DNA of 64,000 nt. Source: Candidatus Woesebacteria bacterium. GTDB taxonomy: Bacteria; Patescibacteriota; Microgenomatia; UBA8517. A program made the position numbers and the translations under genes. Below, one piece after another: positions 1-9,335 of the stretch; within the stretch, counting starts at the first letter, position 1, and the number at the start of each line of letters is the position of its first letter. The stretch is taken from contig CP065002.1 of the NCBI GenBank assembly GCA_016700095.1, forward strand, positions 304,463 to 368,462, in the 5' to 3' direction. The notes under the pieces are model-generated. The model was not told where the DNA came from. It made no database searches and was given only the letters and a program-made list of their open reading frames with translations.

Positions 1-581
1 CAAAGCATGGGAGATAGATGGCAAAGTTAAGTGCAAAGTTGTAAAAGACAGTTTAGGCCAGATGGCAATAGTGTTTGACTCTCCAACCGATAAGATGGAA
101 GAAGTTAGATTGGTTTATGGCAAGTAAGGTATACTATAAGAAAAGTATACAGGGAAGCTTAAATGCGGTTATTAACGATACACAACATTGATTTATGTGA
201 GCTGGTAGCTTTGGTTTCAATACTTCTACGATGAGCTTTTATTGCAACTTCGAGTAATCAATATACTCATGAATACATTAGTGTTTTCGTATACTTCTTC
301 TGATATTAGTAAATAACACACATATCATTTTTGCATTTGTTTCTCGTTTGAATTTGTCCATAAACGTTACCAGTAAACCCTCGCAATATTAACCGCACTT
401 AACTTCAACGATGCAACAACTATGCAAACTATAAGATATTAATTCAATCTTTCTCGTATTTTGAAGTCGGTCGAGATATTTCCTTGCCTTGCATCCAACA
501 TAATAATTACTTGACATACGTTACCCACTAAGTGTTAACATTAATTACTCAGCCTAATTTACGCACGAGGTAAATATTAAA

Positions 582-3500
582 TTGTTAACACTGCCCATGA
601 GAACAAAATTAAATAGCTCCCAGAAAATAGATATTATAAATAGGGCTCTTTCGGGTGGATCAGTCACTGAAATCTGCAAAGATATAGGTATATCTAGGGT
701 TTTGTTCTATAGATTGCTTCAGAGATACAAAAAGTATGGAGAAAAAGGATTAGAAGAACGTAAAAAAGGTCGCCCCAGAAAGTATAGAGCACAAAAATTG
801 ACAACTAATATTCAAACAACAAACAATATTATCTCGGCTCATGAGAGATTGCGCATGGTAGAAGAAGTTGTTAATGAAGGAAGGCGTCCATCAGTGATTG
901 CAAAGAAGTATCAAGTTTCAAGACCAACGTTATATAAATGGATCAAAAGATATAAAAAGTCTCAACAAACAAGAATTCATGCTGTCGAAAACAAAACCCC
1001 CAAGTATTCGAGGTACTATAGGCAAGCTCCCGAATTATATGAAGATGCTGTTTTGTCACTGGTTACTAAGTTTCCTGAATATGGTGTAAGAAAAATCGTT
1101 GCCAATCTTCCTCAAATTGGTAAAAAACCAATTCTTGGGCATCATGGAGTACAAAACGTTTTACAGCGCCACAATTTATCAACTCTAGATAGGCGTATGG
1201 CGTATGCCAAATCTCAAGAGACTGTTATCACAAGTTCGATTTCTGGTGCTCTTTCCAAAATCAATAATTTCTTTGCTATTCCTTTGGAAACTCGACAAAA
1301 GGTTGTGCGCTTTTCGGCAGTGTTTTTTTTAACATCTTTTTTCACCGTAGTCCTTTTTGGCATGGGTGGAGCTGTTACGACTACTTTTATTGGAGTTCCG
1401 CTCGTAAAACAAATCGGTTTAACTCTTGCGTTAGTTGCTCTATTTATGGGGTCGGTATTTTTTGTATATTCACTTAAATACTATCTTACACTTGTCATTG
1501 TACTTTCGTTTTCTCAACAAGAAGATACCAATACGCGCCTGCGCGGAAACATTCTCCATAAATTATTAGGCTTAGTTGATGAAAACACCGATAAATCTAA
1601 ATTGGATCAAAAGCAAGCTGTAGGTTTAACTCCAAATTTAGACCATATCAAATTATCTCGTTACCCGTTTATTTCTGTTCAGATTCCTTTCTATAACGAA
1701 AAAAACGTAGCTGAGCGCGCAATTGCGGCAAGTACAAATTTTGATTACAAAGGTGATTATGAAGTTATTGTTTGCGATGATTCCACGGATGAAACTTTTG
1801 AAATAGTTAGAAATTACCAAAAACAGTACTTAGCAAAGAATTGCCAGTTAAAAATAAGTAAGGGTGATGGCTGGGATATGTCCGAAGTTGAAGTCAGACC
1901 CGGAGTAATTCTTAAACACCTTCACAGAACAACGCGGAGTGGATATAAAGGTGCTTCGTTAAAACTTGCATTGACCTTGGTTGATAAAAGAACTGAATTT
2001 GTAAGTATTTTCGATGCAGATTTCGTGCCGTATCCCGACAGTTTGGATTTATTTTTGAAATACTTTAAATCACAAAACGGTGGATCTGAAAATTACACTT
2101 CAAATAACATTGCCGCAGTCCAAGGATATCAATGGCATGTATTAAATAAATCAGAAAACTGGATAACAAGGGGAGTAAGAAGTGAATATGCAGGAAGTTA
2201 TGTAATAGAAAGAAGTGGTCAAGAAATTTATGGAGGATTAAAACACATTTCAGGAAGTGTATATATGATTAGGCGCGATGTGTTGGAAGAAGTAGGATGG
2301 AGATCTTCGATCACCGAAGATTATGAGCTTACGCTTCGGTTATACAATGCAGGATACAAAGTAGTATATACCCCATACATTCAGGCTCCAGCTGAGTGTG
2401 TTTCCACTTTGAAAAGGTTAATCAGACAAAGGATGAGGTGGGCAGAAGGACACAGTTTCAATGTCAAACTTATGTGGAAGAAATTATTAATTGGAAGATG
2501 GGAGTTGGCTAATAGTTCATCCACTGACTCGCATCAAGTTCATTCTTTGCATGGTACTAAAATGATGCGGGATGACAAAAAGGTATTCATTCCTAGTCCT
2601 CTAACCGTGGCTGAGAAAGTTGAATTTGTATTTAACATTCCTTACTACCTTCAAGCATTTCTATTTCTAATCGGGACTTTTGCCTGGTTACTCTCAGAGG
2701 CTGTATTCCAGGTAAGACTGCCTTTCTGGACTACTGTTTGGGGTTGGAGCCTCATCCTTACCAACATGTTTTCCTTGCCTTTGGTTAACGCAGTCGGCCT
2801 TTTCCTGGAAGAAAGTGAGGAAAGAGACTATCTTGGGCTTTTGTCATTTGTGGCACTTAGTTATATATTGGTTCCATTTCAGGCTTATTCGTCAGTTAAG
2901 GGTTTTATTCAAAAAGAAGAAGGGCCCTGGTTTAGAACTCCCAAAACTGGAAGAATTACAGACGTTTTCGCCCGAGGCAGGTTTTATCGTTTTATATCAG
3001 GAATTTTGCCGAAAAATTCAGGTAATAGAAATGAGGCACTAAGCGACAGTCTAAATACTGGTGCCTATTCACAAATGTCCAACTCGTATTTGTCGATGGT
3101 TACGGCAAACAATATTTTTAACACCTTTTCGATAAAACGAAAAACACAACGGTGGGTAGGTAAGCTTGCCTTGACTTCAATGGTTGCAGTTTCAATGTTG
3201 ATTGTGAGTTATGCACCGTATATCCCAAGCGGAAAGGTGAGTGTTGCAGCAGCTAATACGGGGGCAATACTGGCAGATAAAGCAATTGACAGCGACCAAC
3301 CAGTTGTGAATAAAGCAGGTAAAGCGCTCAATACAAATAATTTGGAAACAAATAAGGATGGTTTTACATTAACCTCTGACAATAAAGACTTCAAGATTAC
3401 AGATTCACCAAGTTTTCGTTTACAAGCCAGAACGAATTTCAAAGATAGGTTGGCAATAAATTTCGGCAACATCTTTAAAGGCAAAAATGAAAAGAAGGCG

Positions 3501-6500
3501 AGAATAATTAATGCTAAGGTAGTTAACCATAAAGGCAATGAATATGACGTTGGAATATTAGACGATAAGAATGGATATGAACTAGTTGTTGATTCCAATA
3601 ACTTGTCTCCGGGGTTATATGATTTAGTTGTTGAAGACAATCTGGGTAATAGTATTGCACAAGATTTTAGTTGGGGAGTGCTGGCAATTAACACCAACAA
3701 ATCGATTTACACGAAAGGGGAGAATGCCGAGTTGTCGTTTGCCGTACTCAATGAAGATGGGGAAATGGTATGTGATGCAAAATTAGAATTAGGAATTAGA
3801 AATTCGGAATTAGGAATCGATGAAACACTGTCAACCAATGACGGCTCAATACGTGTGACTCCCGGGTGCAATAGTAAAGAAATGTTATTAACTCCCGATT
3901 ATGAAGCGGAATATAAATTGGGGAGTATGGGTATTTATGAACTTACTTTGACTGCTACTACACATAATGGAAGCTATACAATTACTGACTCAATTGAGGT
4001 TCGAAAATCGGTAGAGTTTGACATAGAGCGTATTAGTGCGACACGTATTTATCCACTTTTAACGTACCCCGTGATATTTAATGTTATCCCGGAAAAGGAC
4101 TTTCAAGGAGTAATCACAGAAACGGTTCCTGCAGACTTTGCGATTGTTCGGATTACAGACGAAGAACTGAAAAATTATAGTACTAAAGAAAACAGCGTTG
4201 GTTCAAGTAAATTCTTAGACATCAAAAAACAGGGTGGTGTAGGGATAATTGAATGGCAGGTAAATTGGAAAAAAGGAGAAACTTATCATTTTGGCTATAA
4301 ATATGATGCTCCGGATAAAAGCCCAGCTCTTTACACTTTGGGTCCTTTGCAAATTGATGATTTTAGTGAAGCAAGAGTTTGGCAGATAGCGGTGGATGCA
4401 ATTTCAGGTATAACCGCCCGCAATTATGCGGTTGAAAATAGTAGTGATACAACCATAGCGGTATCTCCGGATGCTGCTATTACTGTCGGAAAAATTGCGA
4501 TCGTTTCGTGTGTGACTGATAATACAGCAACATCTGATGGGCCATCCACAGACCATTCATTGAGCGATACTGACGGGCATACTTGGAACAAGGTATTTGA
4601 AGAAACTGATTCTGCCGGTGCTGCTGCTGATGGTTCAACCACCTCATTGTGGTGGACGAAGGTTACAAGTGAAATCGGGACAGGTGATTCAATTACTTTG
4701 ACGTTAGGAACTGCCCGATCGGACAAGATTATTGCAATTGTAGAAGCTACTGTCGGAGCGGGTAATACCTTTGTCGCGATCCCTTCATCAGCTATCGATC
4801 ACTCAAATTCAGCTACCTCTTTGTCTGATGTTCAATCCGGGCTTACTAACCGGGAATATCTATTTTTTGGCTTGTTTGGAGCGGAAGGTGAAGACACTGC
4901 TAAAACTCCTATTGCCAACTATACCGAACAACACGACCGAGTGAGTACGACAACAGGTACAGCTGCCGTCAATGTGCAAATGCATGTCGGCACCCGAATC
5001 CTTACAGGGACTGGTGACACTTGGACAAGTTCGGCAGTCACTTTTACTAATGGTATCCAGTCTCTGACAGCATTTTATGAAGTTTCAAGTACCATAACTG
5101 TTTCCGGAAATGTATATAATTTTGGTACTTCGAGTGCTCTTACTGAATGTGATGCAAGTGGAGCAACACATGAATTAAGTTTGAGAGTTGGATCAACAAC
5201 CTATACCACAAGTTGTGATGCTTCAGATTCAGGTGCATATTCCTTCACTTCAGTTACACCTCCCTCGGGTGGATCGGGGATGGTGGTTTGGATTGATGAT
5301 GCCGAAGCTTCCGAGACAGATGGTGCAGCAGTTATTCAATACGATGGATCAGGTGATTCAACCGGAAATTCTTTTTACGATGATGCCGTGACTATTCTCA
5401 CTGATGATGGCAGTGGTGTCACGATTGATATGATGGATGCGTATGACAGTGGCGGTGATGCAGACATTCCCTATACTGCTACAAGTGGATCCCCCGATAC
5501 GCTTACGGTTTCCGATAATTATACATTGCTTATACCTTCTGGTGAGGTGTTTGCTCCGGGAGGGAATTTAAATAACGGTTCGGGAGCCGGAATAGATAAT
5601 ATTAATATATCAGGAACCTATACCGCAGCTACCGGGGAATCGATACTCGTTTCCGGTACCTGGACCCAGTCTGGTACCTTCACCTCAAGTACTTCCACTG
5701 TCACCTTTGATGCTCCTGGTGCTACAACTGAGGATATTGTTACAACAGGAAGTGGAGCATTTAACAATGTTGTCTTTAATGATGGGGAAGGTGGTGCCAC
5801 TTGGGAGATTGAAGATCCTCTGGATGTGGATGGTAACTTTACCATAACAGGTGGGACAGTGGATGTTGTAAGTGGAGAAGATAATCAGATTAACGTAGGA
5901 GGAAACTGGACCAATGATGATACTTTTGTGGAAAGAAGTGGAAAGGTAGTCTTTGATACTTCAACTACTGCTACCCTAGATAGTAACTGTTCCGATGTGG
6001 GTACTTGTACCAATGAGAATTTCTACGACCTGGAACTATCCAAAGCAAGTTCGGGGAATACCGTTACTTTGACTAACTTTGGTATACGGGTAACTAATAC
6101 CTTAACCCTCACTACGGGGACTTTGGTGCAAGGAGCATATAATGTCCGGGTTGAGGGGGCAACTGCAGTATCAGTAGCCTCAAATGGTATCTGGAGTAAT
6201 ACTTCAACAGGAGACGTGATCCTTGGTGGCTCCTTTGCCAATAGTGGCATAGTAACCATGCAGGGAACAACAAGCGCTTGCGGAGAAACTGATGCAATTT
6301 CAATCACCTCAACTTCAGGTGGAAGTCAAAGGAGTTGGACTAGTTTGGGAGGTACTTTCAACATGAATGATGTTTCGGTCCAGGACCAGGGAGGAAGTGC
6401 TGCAATTACAGTTTACTCTGGTACCAACGTCAGTGGTAACAATTCCAACTGGGTGTTTGAAGATTGTGTTACCAGTTCTACATCTTCTTCTGCTACAGGA

Positions 6501-8333
6501 CATTCATTCCAAAGAAAGACATTCTACGATGATGAAAATGAAACCTTCTGGAGGTTTTACCATGATGGTGATGAAGTTGACATAGAATATTCTAAAGATA
6601 GTGGTGATACCTGGAGTTCTACTACTGCCTTGGCATATGACACCAATGACTTTTCTGTCTGGTGGAAAGCAATCACGGTTGGAGAAACCACCACTGAATA
6701 TGTATGGATGGCAGTTACCACGTCAGATGATATCCTGGTCAGACGCGGGACATTAGGATCAACATCAGTCACCTGGGACAGTGAAGCCAATGTGGTTTCA
6801 CTTAATGGCACAGGAGCATCTGACACCTACTCATACCCATATATTTCGTTGGATGATGCAAACTATATGTGGGTGGGAGCAAGACATTACAATGGAACTA
6901 ACTATACGTATAAGACAGTAAGAAGTGATGCTTCTGACACCGGTAATGCCACCTGGAGTGGAGTAGGCTTTGGTTCTACTGTTCCCGTATCCCAAGTATC
7001 AGCTGACCAAACAAATGCAAATGTCTTTGGCAACATTGTTCCACTTAATGGCCAAGACATGTATGCAGCCTTTGTCAGTAACACTCTTCTTCAGGGTTGT
7101 GTCTGGGACCACAGTGACGCTGCCTGGGAAGATAGTGATGGGGCAAGTTGTGTTAGTACCGGTGGAAGTGCACCTGTATTTCGTGGAGAATCTTCTTCAA
7201 CTTTTACAACAGCAGCCAGCGTTGTGGTAAATAAACCGACAGGGACAGTCGATAACGACATTATGCTTGCAATTATTTATAAGGAAAATACCGCAGCAGT
7301 AACAGCACCATCAGGCTGGAATTATATTGATGGAGAAACACCGACGACTGATCATGATGTAATTGTTTACTGGAAAAGGGCGAGTTCGGAAGGTAGTAAC
7401 TACACCTGGAGTTGGACAGGAAGTACTTGGAGCGGGGGAGCGATTATGTCATATAGTGGTGCGATAACAACAGGAGATCCGGTAAATACTTATTCCGCCA
7501 ACAGCGCCTCATCAGGACAAACCTTGACCGCAACGGGTGTGACGACAAGTGTTGACAACACGACAATTGTTGCTTTGGGAGCACATTGGAATACGGGTAC
7601 GTATTCAGGACCAACCGGATATACTGTTCGAGCAACACCTCAATCTATGAGGCTTTCTGACAAAACCCAAGCCTCTGCGGGGGCTACAGGAGATGCTGTC
7701 ATGACAACATCTGCAAACAGTTCATCCTGGACTGCACATTTGGTTGCACTCAAACCTGCAGGTACACCCGGGAGTAGAGATGCAATTGATACTGTACCAA
7801 GTGGATTAAGCAAAAATATATCGGCCGTTGTTGATACTACCAATTACGATGTTCACCTTCTTTTTGTAGACGATGAATCAACAGATCAGGTAAGTTACAA
7901 AAGATGGGACAAGATAAACCAGGAATGGGATGTAACTGCAACCCTAGTTGCAGGTGGAACAAGTGATACCGATGCTTACGTATCCCTCTCGTATGATACG
8001 GATGCAAGTGATCTTTACGCAATCTGGATAGACACATCTACAAATCACATCTTCTACACAGCTTGTGACATATCAACACAGTGCAGTTTGGCCAGTGACT
8101 GGATAGTAGGAGTAGAAGAGGAGATAGACTGGCATACAGAAACACAACCAACCAACTTAACCAGTAACTACTCAAGTGGAACCAATGTCTTTGCTCAGTG
8201 GTCTGATGGATCAGGTTCACCATACTCTGTTGAGTGGGATATCATTGTGGTGCCGGAGTGGATTTGGTTAATTATTGTTGCCGGTCCGATTTTGCCACTT
8301 ATGGGTAAATTTAGAAAGAAAAGACATCAATGA
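582..8333 (+). CDS. Giant fusion protein (2583 aa): N-terminal transposase-like HTH modules, processive GT2 core, TM bundle, huge surface region, C-terminal VPE-hydrophobic-basic tail
   Basis: Uninterrupted 7.75 kb ORF. HTH motifs: 'GGSVTEICKDIGISRVLFYRLLQRYKKYG' and 'RRPSVIAKKYQVSRPTLYKWIKRYKK'. GT2 motifs: 'IVCDDSTDE' (DxD), 'FDADFVPYPD', 'ITEDYELTL' (TED), 'QRMRWAEGH' (QxxRW). TM helices before and after the GT domain. About 1700 aa T/S/G/D-rich C-terminal region. Tail 'VPEWIWLIIVAGPILPLMGKFRKKRHQ'. Confidence 0.85.
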   Translation: MLTLPMRTKLNSSQKIDIINRALSGGSVTEICKDIGISRVLFYRLLQRYKKYGEKGLEERKKGRPRKYRAQKLTTNIQTTNNIISAHERLRMVEEVVNEGRRPSVIAKKYQVSRPTLYKWIKRYKKSQQTRIHAVENKTPKYSRYYRQAPELYEDAVLSLVTKFPEYGVRKIVANLPQIGKKPILGHHGVQNVLQRHNLSTLDRRMAYAKSQETVITSSISGALSKINNFFAIPLETRQKVVRFSAVFFLTSFFTVVLFGMGGAVTTTFIGVPLVKQIGLTLALVALFMGSVFFVYSLKYYLTLVIVLSFSQQEDTNTRLRGNILHKLLGLVDENTDKSKLDQKQAVGLTPNLDHIKLSRYPFISVQIPFYNEKNVAERAIAASTNFDYKGDYEVIVCDDSTDETFEIVRNYQKQYLAKNCQLKISKGDGWDMSEVEVRPGVILKHLHRTTRSGYKGASLKLALTLVDKRTEFVSIFDADFVPYPDSLDLFLKYFKSQNGGSENYTSNNIAAVQGYQWHVLNKSENWITRGVRSEYAGSYVIERSGQEIYGGLKHISGSVYMIRRDVLEEVGWRSSITEDYELTLRLYNAGYKVVYTPYIQAPAECVSTLKRLIRQRMRWAEGHSFNVKLMWKKLLIGRWELANSSSTDSHQVHSLHGTKMMRDDKKVFIPSPLTVAEKVEFVFNIPYYLQAFLFLIGTFAWLLSEAVFQVRLPFWTTVWGWSLILTNMFSLPLVNAVGLFLEESEERDYLGLLSFVALSYILVPFQAYSSVKGFIQKEEGPWFRTPKTGRITDVFARGRFYRFISGILPKNSGNRNEALSDSLNTGAYSQMSNSYLSMVTANNIFNTFSIKRKTQRWVGKLALTSMVAVSMLIVSYAPYIPSGKVSVAAANTGAILADKAIDSDQPVVNKAGKALNTNNLETNKDGFTLTSDNKDFKITDSPSFRLQARTNFKDRLAINFGNIFKGKNEKKARIINAKVVNHKGNEYDVGILDDKNGYELVVDSNNLSPGLYDLVVEDNLGNSIAQDFSWGVLAINTNKSIYTKGENAELSFAVLNEDGEMVCDAKLELGIRNSELGIDETLSTNDGSIRVTPGCNSKEMLLTPDYEAEYKLGSMGIYELTLTATTHNGSYTITDSIEVRKSVEFDIERISATRIYPLLTYPVIFNVIPEKDFQGVITETVPADFAIVRITDEELKNYSTKENSVGSSKFLDIKKQGGVGIIEWQVNWKKGETYHFGYKYDAPDKSPALYTLGPLQIDDFSEARVWQIAVDAISGITARNYAVENSSDTTIAVSPDAAITVGKIAIVSCVTDNTATSDGPSTDHSLSDTDGHTWNKVFEETDSAGAAADGSTTSLWWTKVTSEIGTGDSITLTLGTARSDKIIAIVEATVGAGNTFVAIPSSAIDHSNSATSLSDVQSGLTNREYLFFGLFGAEGEDTAKTPIANYTEQHDRVSTTTGTAAVNVQMHVGTRILTGTGDTWTSSAVTFTNGIQSLTAFYEVSSTITVSGNVYNFGTSSALTECDASGATHELSLRVGSTTYTTSCDASDSGAYSFTSVTPPSGGSGMVVWIDDAEASETDGAAVIQYDGSGDSTGNSFYDDAVTILTDDGSGVTIDMMDAYDSGGDADIPYTATSGSPDTLTVSDNYTLLIPSGEVFAPGGNLNNGSGAGIDNINISGTYTAATGESILVSGTWTQSGTFTSSTSTVTFDAPGATTEDIVTTGSGAFNNVVFNDGEGGATWEIEDPLDVDGNFTITGGTVDVVSGEDNQINVGGNWTNDDTFVERSGKVVFDTSTTATLDSNCSDVGTCTNENFYDLELSKASSGNTVTLTNFGIRVTNTLTLTTGTLVQGAYNVRVEGATAVSVASNGIWSNTSTGDVILGGSFANSGIVTMQGTTSACGETDAISITSTSGGSQRSWTSLGGTFNMNDVSVQDQGGSAAITVYSGTNVSGNNSNWVFEDCVTSSTSSSATGHSFQRKTFYDDENETFWRFYHDGDEVDIEYSKDSGDTWSSTTALAYDTNDFSVWWKAITVGETTTEYVWMAVTTSDDILVRRGTLGSTSVTWDSEANVVSLNGTGASDTYSYPYISLDDANYMWVGARHYNGTNYTYKTVRSDASDTGNATWSGVGFGSTVPVSQVSADQTNANVFGNIVPLNGQDMYAAFVSNTLLQGCVWDHSDAAWEDSDGASCVSTGGSAPVFRGESSSTFTTAASVVVNKPTGTVDNDIMLAIIYKENTAAVTAPSGWNYIDGETPTTDHDVIVYWKRASSEGSNYTWSWTGSTWSGGAIMSYSGAITTGDPVNTYSANSASSGQTLTATGVTTSVDNTTIVALGAHWNTGTYSGPTGYTVRATPQSMRLSDKTQASAGATGDAVMTTSANSSSWTAHLVALKPAGTPGSRDAIDTVPSGLSKNISAVVDTTNYDVHLLFVDDESTDQVSYKRWDKINQEWDVTATLVAGGTSDTDAYVSLSYDTDASDLYAIWIDTSTNHIFYTACDISTQCSLASDWIVGVEEEIDWHTETQPTNLTSNYSSGTNVFAQWSDGSGSPYSVEWDIIVVPEWIWLIIVAGPILPLMGKFRKKRHQ

Positions 8334-8914
8334 ATCAGAAAAAAGTATTTAAAGATATATTGATTGTGACGGCAATTGTATTGTCGCTACTTCCCGTTAT
8401 TGTAACTTTTAGTGCAATACTAACCACGCTTTTCGACAAATTAAGTTGGTATGTGTGGCTGCAACGCGAAGTTGTACCCGTGGAATCCAGAATGGTTGCG
8501 GTATTGGTGAAGGTTGTCGGTATCGATGCTCAAATTACATCACATATTAATTTTTCCATGGTGTTAACCAGGGGTGAGACAATAATTCCAGTTCAATTGG
8601 AATGGAACTGTCTTGGTTGGCAAAGCATGATTTTACTTGTTACTACATTTGTAACAGGTTTGCGTGGGCGCTACAAATTGTCGTCGAAAATTGAAACAGT
8701 GATTATTGGCATACTCGGGACGTTTCTGTCAAACCTTTTTAGAATGGCTTTTATTGTTACCCTCGCTTATTACTGGAATAGCTTCGCAGCGATGATAATT
8801 CATGATTATTTCGCAAGCTTTATTGCCGTAGCTTGGATGCTATTTTTCTGGTGGTTTAGCTATAGCTATGTGCTTGATGAAAAAATAGAGAGTAACTTAA
8901 ACGAAGTGAAATAA
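8330..8914 (+). CDS. Mini exosortase/archaeosortase-domain membrane protein (194 aa), XrtG-like candidate
   Basis: Start overlaps the stop of the upstream giant (ATGA at 8330-8333). 4-5 predicted TM helices. Conserved with the 14085 paralog: 'WNCLGWQS' (Cys), 'GLRG(R/N)Y' (Arg), 'SNLFRMAF'/'INIFRLVF' (N-x-x-R), 'HDY/HNY', and C-terminal 'SYSYVL(D/E)EK'. Confidence 0.55.
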   Translation: MNQKKVFKDILIVTAIVLSLLPVIVTFSAILTTLFDKLSWYVWLQREVVPVESRMVAVLVKVVGIDAQITSHINFSMVLTRGETIIPVQLEWNCLGWQSMILLVTTFVTGLRGRYKLSSKIETVIIGILGTFLSNLFRMAFIVTLAYYWNSFAAMIIHDYFASFIAVAWMLFFWWFSYSYVLDEKIESNLNEVK

Positions 8915-9335
8915 CCCAAGTTAGTTTTCTATTCAACAATCTATATAATTTAAAGATTGATTTGAGGGTATTAGTGTGTACCCAAAAACTTCAAAGGATA
9001 TCTTACTGTGTCTTTTTAGCAGTGTGATATTAATAAACCAAACGAAGAAGTAGTAAATAATTTCTTTTGTTTTGTTTAATAATCACAAAATAACCAATTT
9101 AGTGATTGAAGTTAATATATTTAATGGTCTTATATATTTACTATATATTATTAGTTATATATATATTATACCTATAATATTAGTAAGTTTTTATAGTTTA
9201 ATTTGGGGGCAAATAAAAAAACGGAAATTGTTTATGGAATTTTGTAATTTGAGTAATTGCAAAAATATCTCAAAACAATATCTAGCTTAGTAATATATTT
9301 AACAGTTTTCAAACAACAAATAATACTAATTGTTT

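Noticed and set aside
582-1200. An IS630/IS3-type insertion sequence at the 5' end of each giant gene, suggested by the transposase-like HTH motifs
   Set aside because: No DDE or transposase catalytic domain follows the HTH modules. I see no terminal inverted repeats or target duplications. The HTH region is in-frame and conserved in all three paralogs, so a domesticated domain is more likely than a mobile element.
3209-3700. Numerous 60-280 aa ORFs antisense to, or frame-shifted within, the giant genes. Examples: 3209..3700, 4424..4726, 57041..57682, 58295..58795, 58805..59656.
   Set aside because: These are shadow ORFs inside long, compositionally biased coding regions. They have no independent support, and the identical ones simply reflect the DNA duplications.
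9072-9290. 72-aa ORF in the AT-rich intergenic region
   Set aside because: The translation is Ile/Tyr/Asn low-complexity ('YLLYIISYIYIIPIIL') arising from poly-AT sequence. It is most likely non-coding.
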